A DNA stretch of 64,000 bases from Rhina ancylostomus (taxonomy: Eukaryota), in the NCBI GenBank assembly GCA_030265395.1, contig JARFYF010000065.1, positions 6,031,907 to 6,095,906 on the forward strand. Reading direction: 5' to 3'. Positions 63,480 through 64,000 of the stretch are shown one piece after another. The notes beneath the pieces are model-generated. The model did not search any database. It saw nothing but the letters and a program-made list of their open reading frames with translations, and was not told the DNA's origin. Position 1 is the first letter of the stretch. Every line of letters begins with the position of its first letter. The translations under genes were made by a program, and so were the position numbers.

Positions 63480-64000
63480 GAAGCCGCAAACAGAGGGCTA
63501 AACAGCATGCAATCGGCAGAGCTAAGCAGTCTCTCAACCAACTGATCAGATCAAATCAAACCTCTGCACTCCAGCCACATTTAGTCATGTATGATGGACA
63601 ATAAGAGGCTTTTGGGAGGCAACAGCTCCAAAGTCATTCTCATCCTTGACAATAGTGGGCAGCCAGCAAGTTAGTGCTGAAGATAAGGCTGACTCTTTAG
63701 CCATTATTCAGCCAGGAGTGCTGAACAGATGGTGCATCTCGGCTCCATTCTGAATTCCCACCATCATAGAAGCCGGTGTTCAACCCACTTGATTCACTTC
63801 ATGTGATATTATGACACTGCTGAGAGGTCTGGCTATCATAAAGGCTGTGGGTTCAGATATCAACAAAGTTGTAGAACTGTACCTCGAGCAAAGCTGTTCT
63901 AATATAGTCACAGCACTAATCCAGCTGATCATTTGTTCACTAAAAGAAAAATAACCTTGCTTATAACAGCCCAGTCCGCACTCAATCATCAAGATATTGA
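63480..64000 (+). mobile_element. CR1/L2-clade LINE ORF2 remnant, continuing past the window end
   Basis: Collinear with 40200-40640 (e.g. 'gatggacaat', 'ttcccaccatca'). Confidence 0.7.

Overview
Eukaryotic genomic DNA from a gapped draft assembly, most likely a cartilaginous fish (inferred from V-SINE/HE1-type, CR1, Rex/Babar and Penelope-like repeats). The window holds the 5' and middle part of a + strand brd4 gene: ten coding exons from the ATG at 7793 through BD1, BD2, the Ser-rich NPS, the basic region and the ET domain, up to 59304. Exon 1 and the 3' exons lie outside. Introns are full of decayed retroelements. Best leads: (1) a candidate poison exon in intron 3 (22480-22625) whose acceptor tract pairs with a perfect 17-nt complement downstream and whose donor is locked in a 9-bp hairpin, analogous to RNA-structure-controlled unproductive splicing in BRD2/BRD3; (2) a 120-nt post-ET exon of BRD2/BRD3 type that mammalian BRD4 lacks; (3) an in-frame TAA in exon 5, with an in-frame acceptor that could bypass it; (4) a strong-context uORF overlapping the start codon; (5) a perfect 20-bp inverted repeat with twin E-boxes before exon 8; (6) two solo LTRs with target-site duplications. 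Comparisons with human proteins and repeat families are from memory, no alignment was run, and repeat boundaries are approximate.
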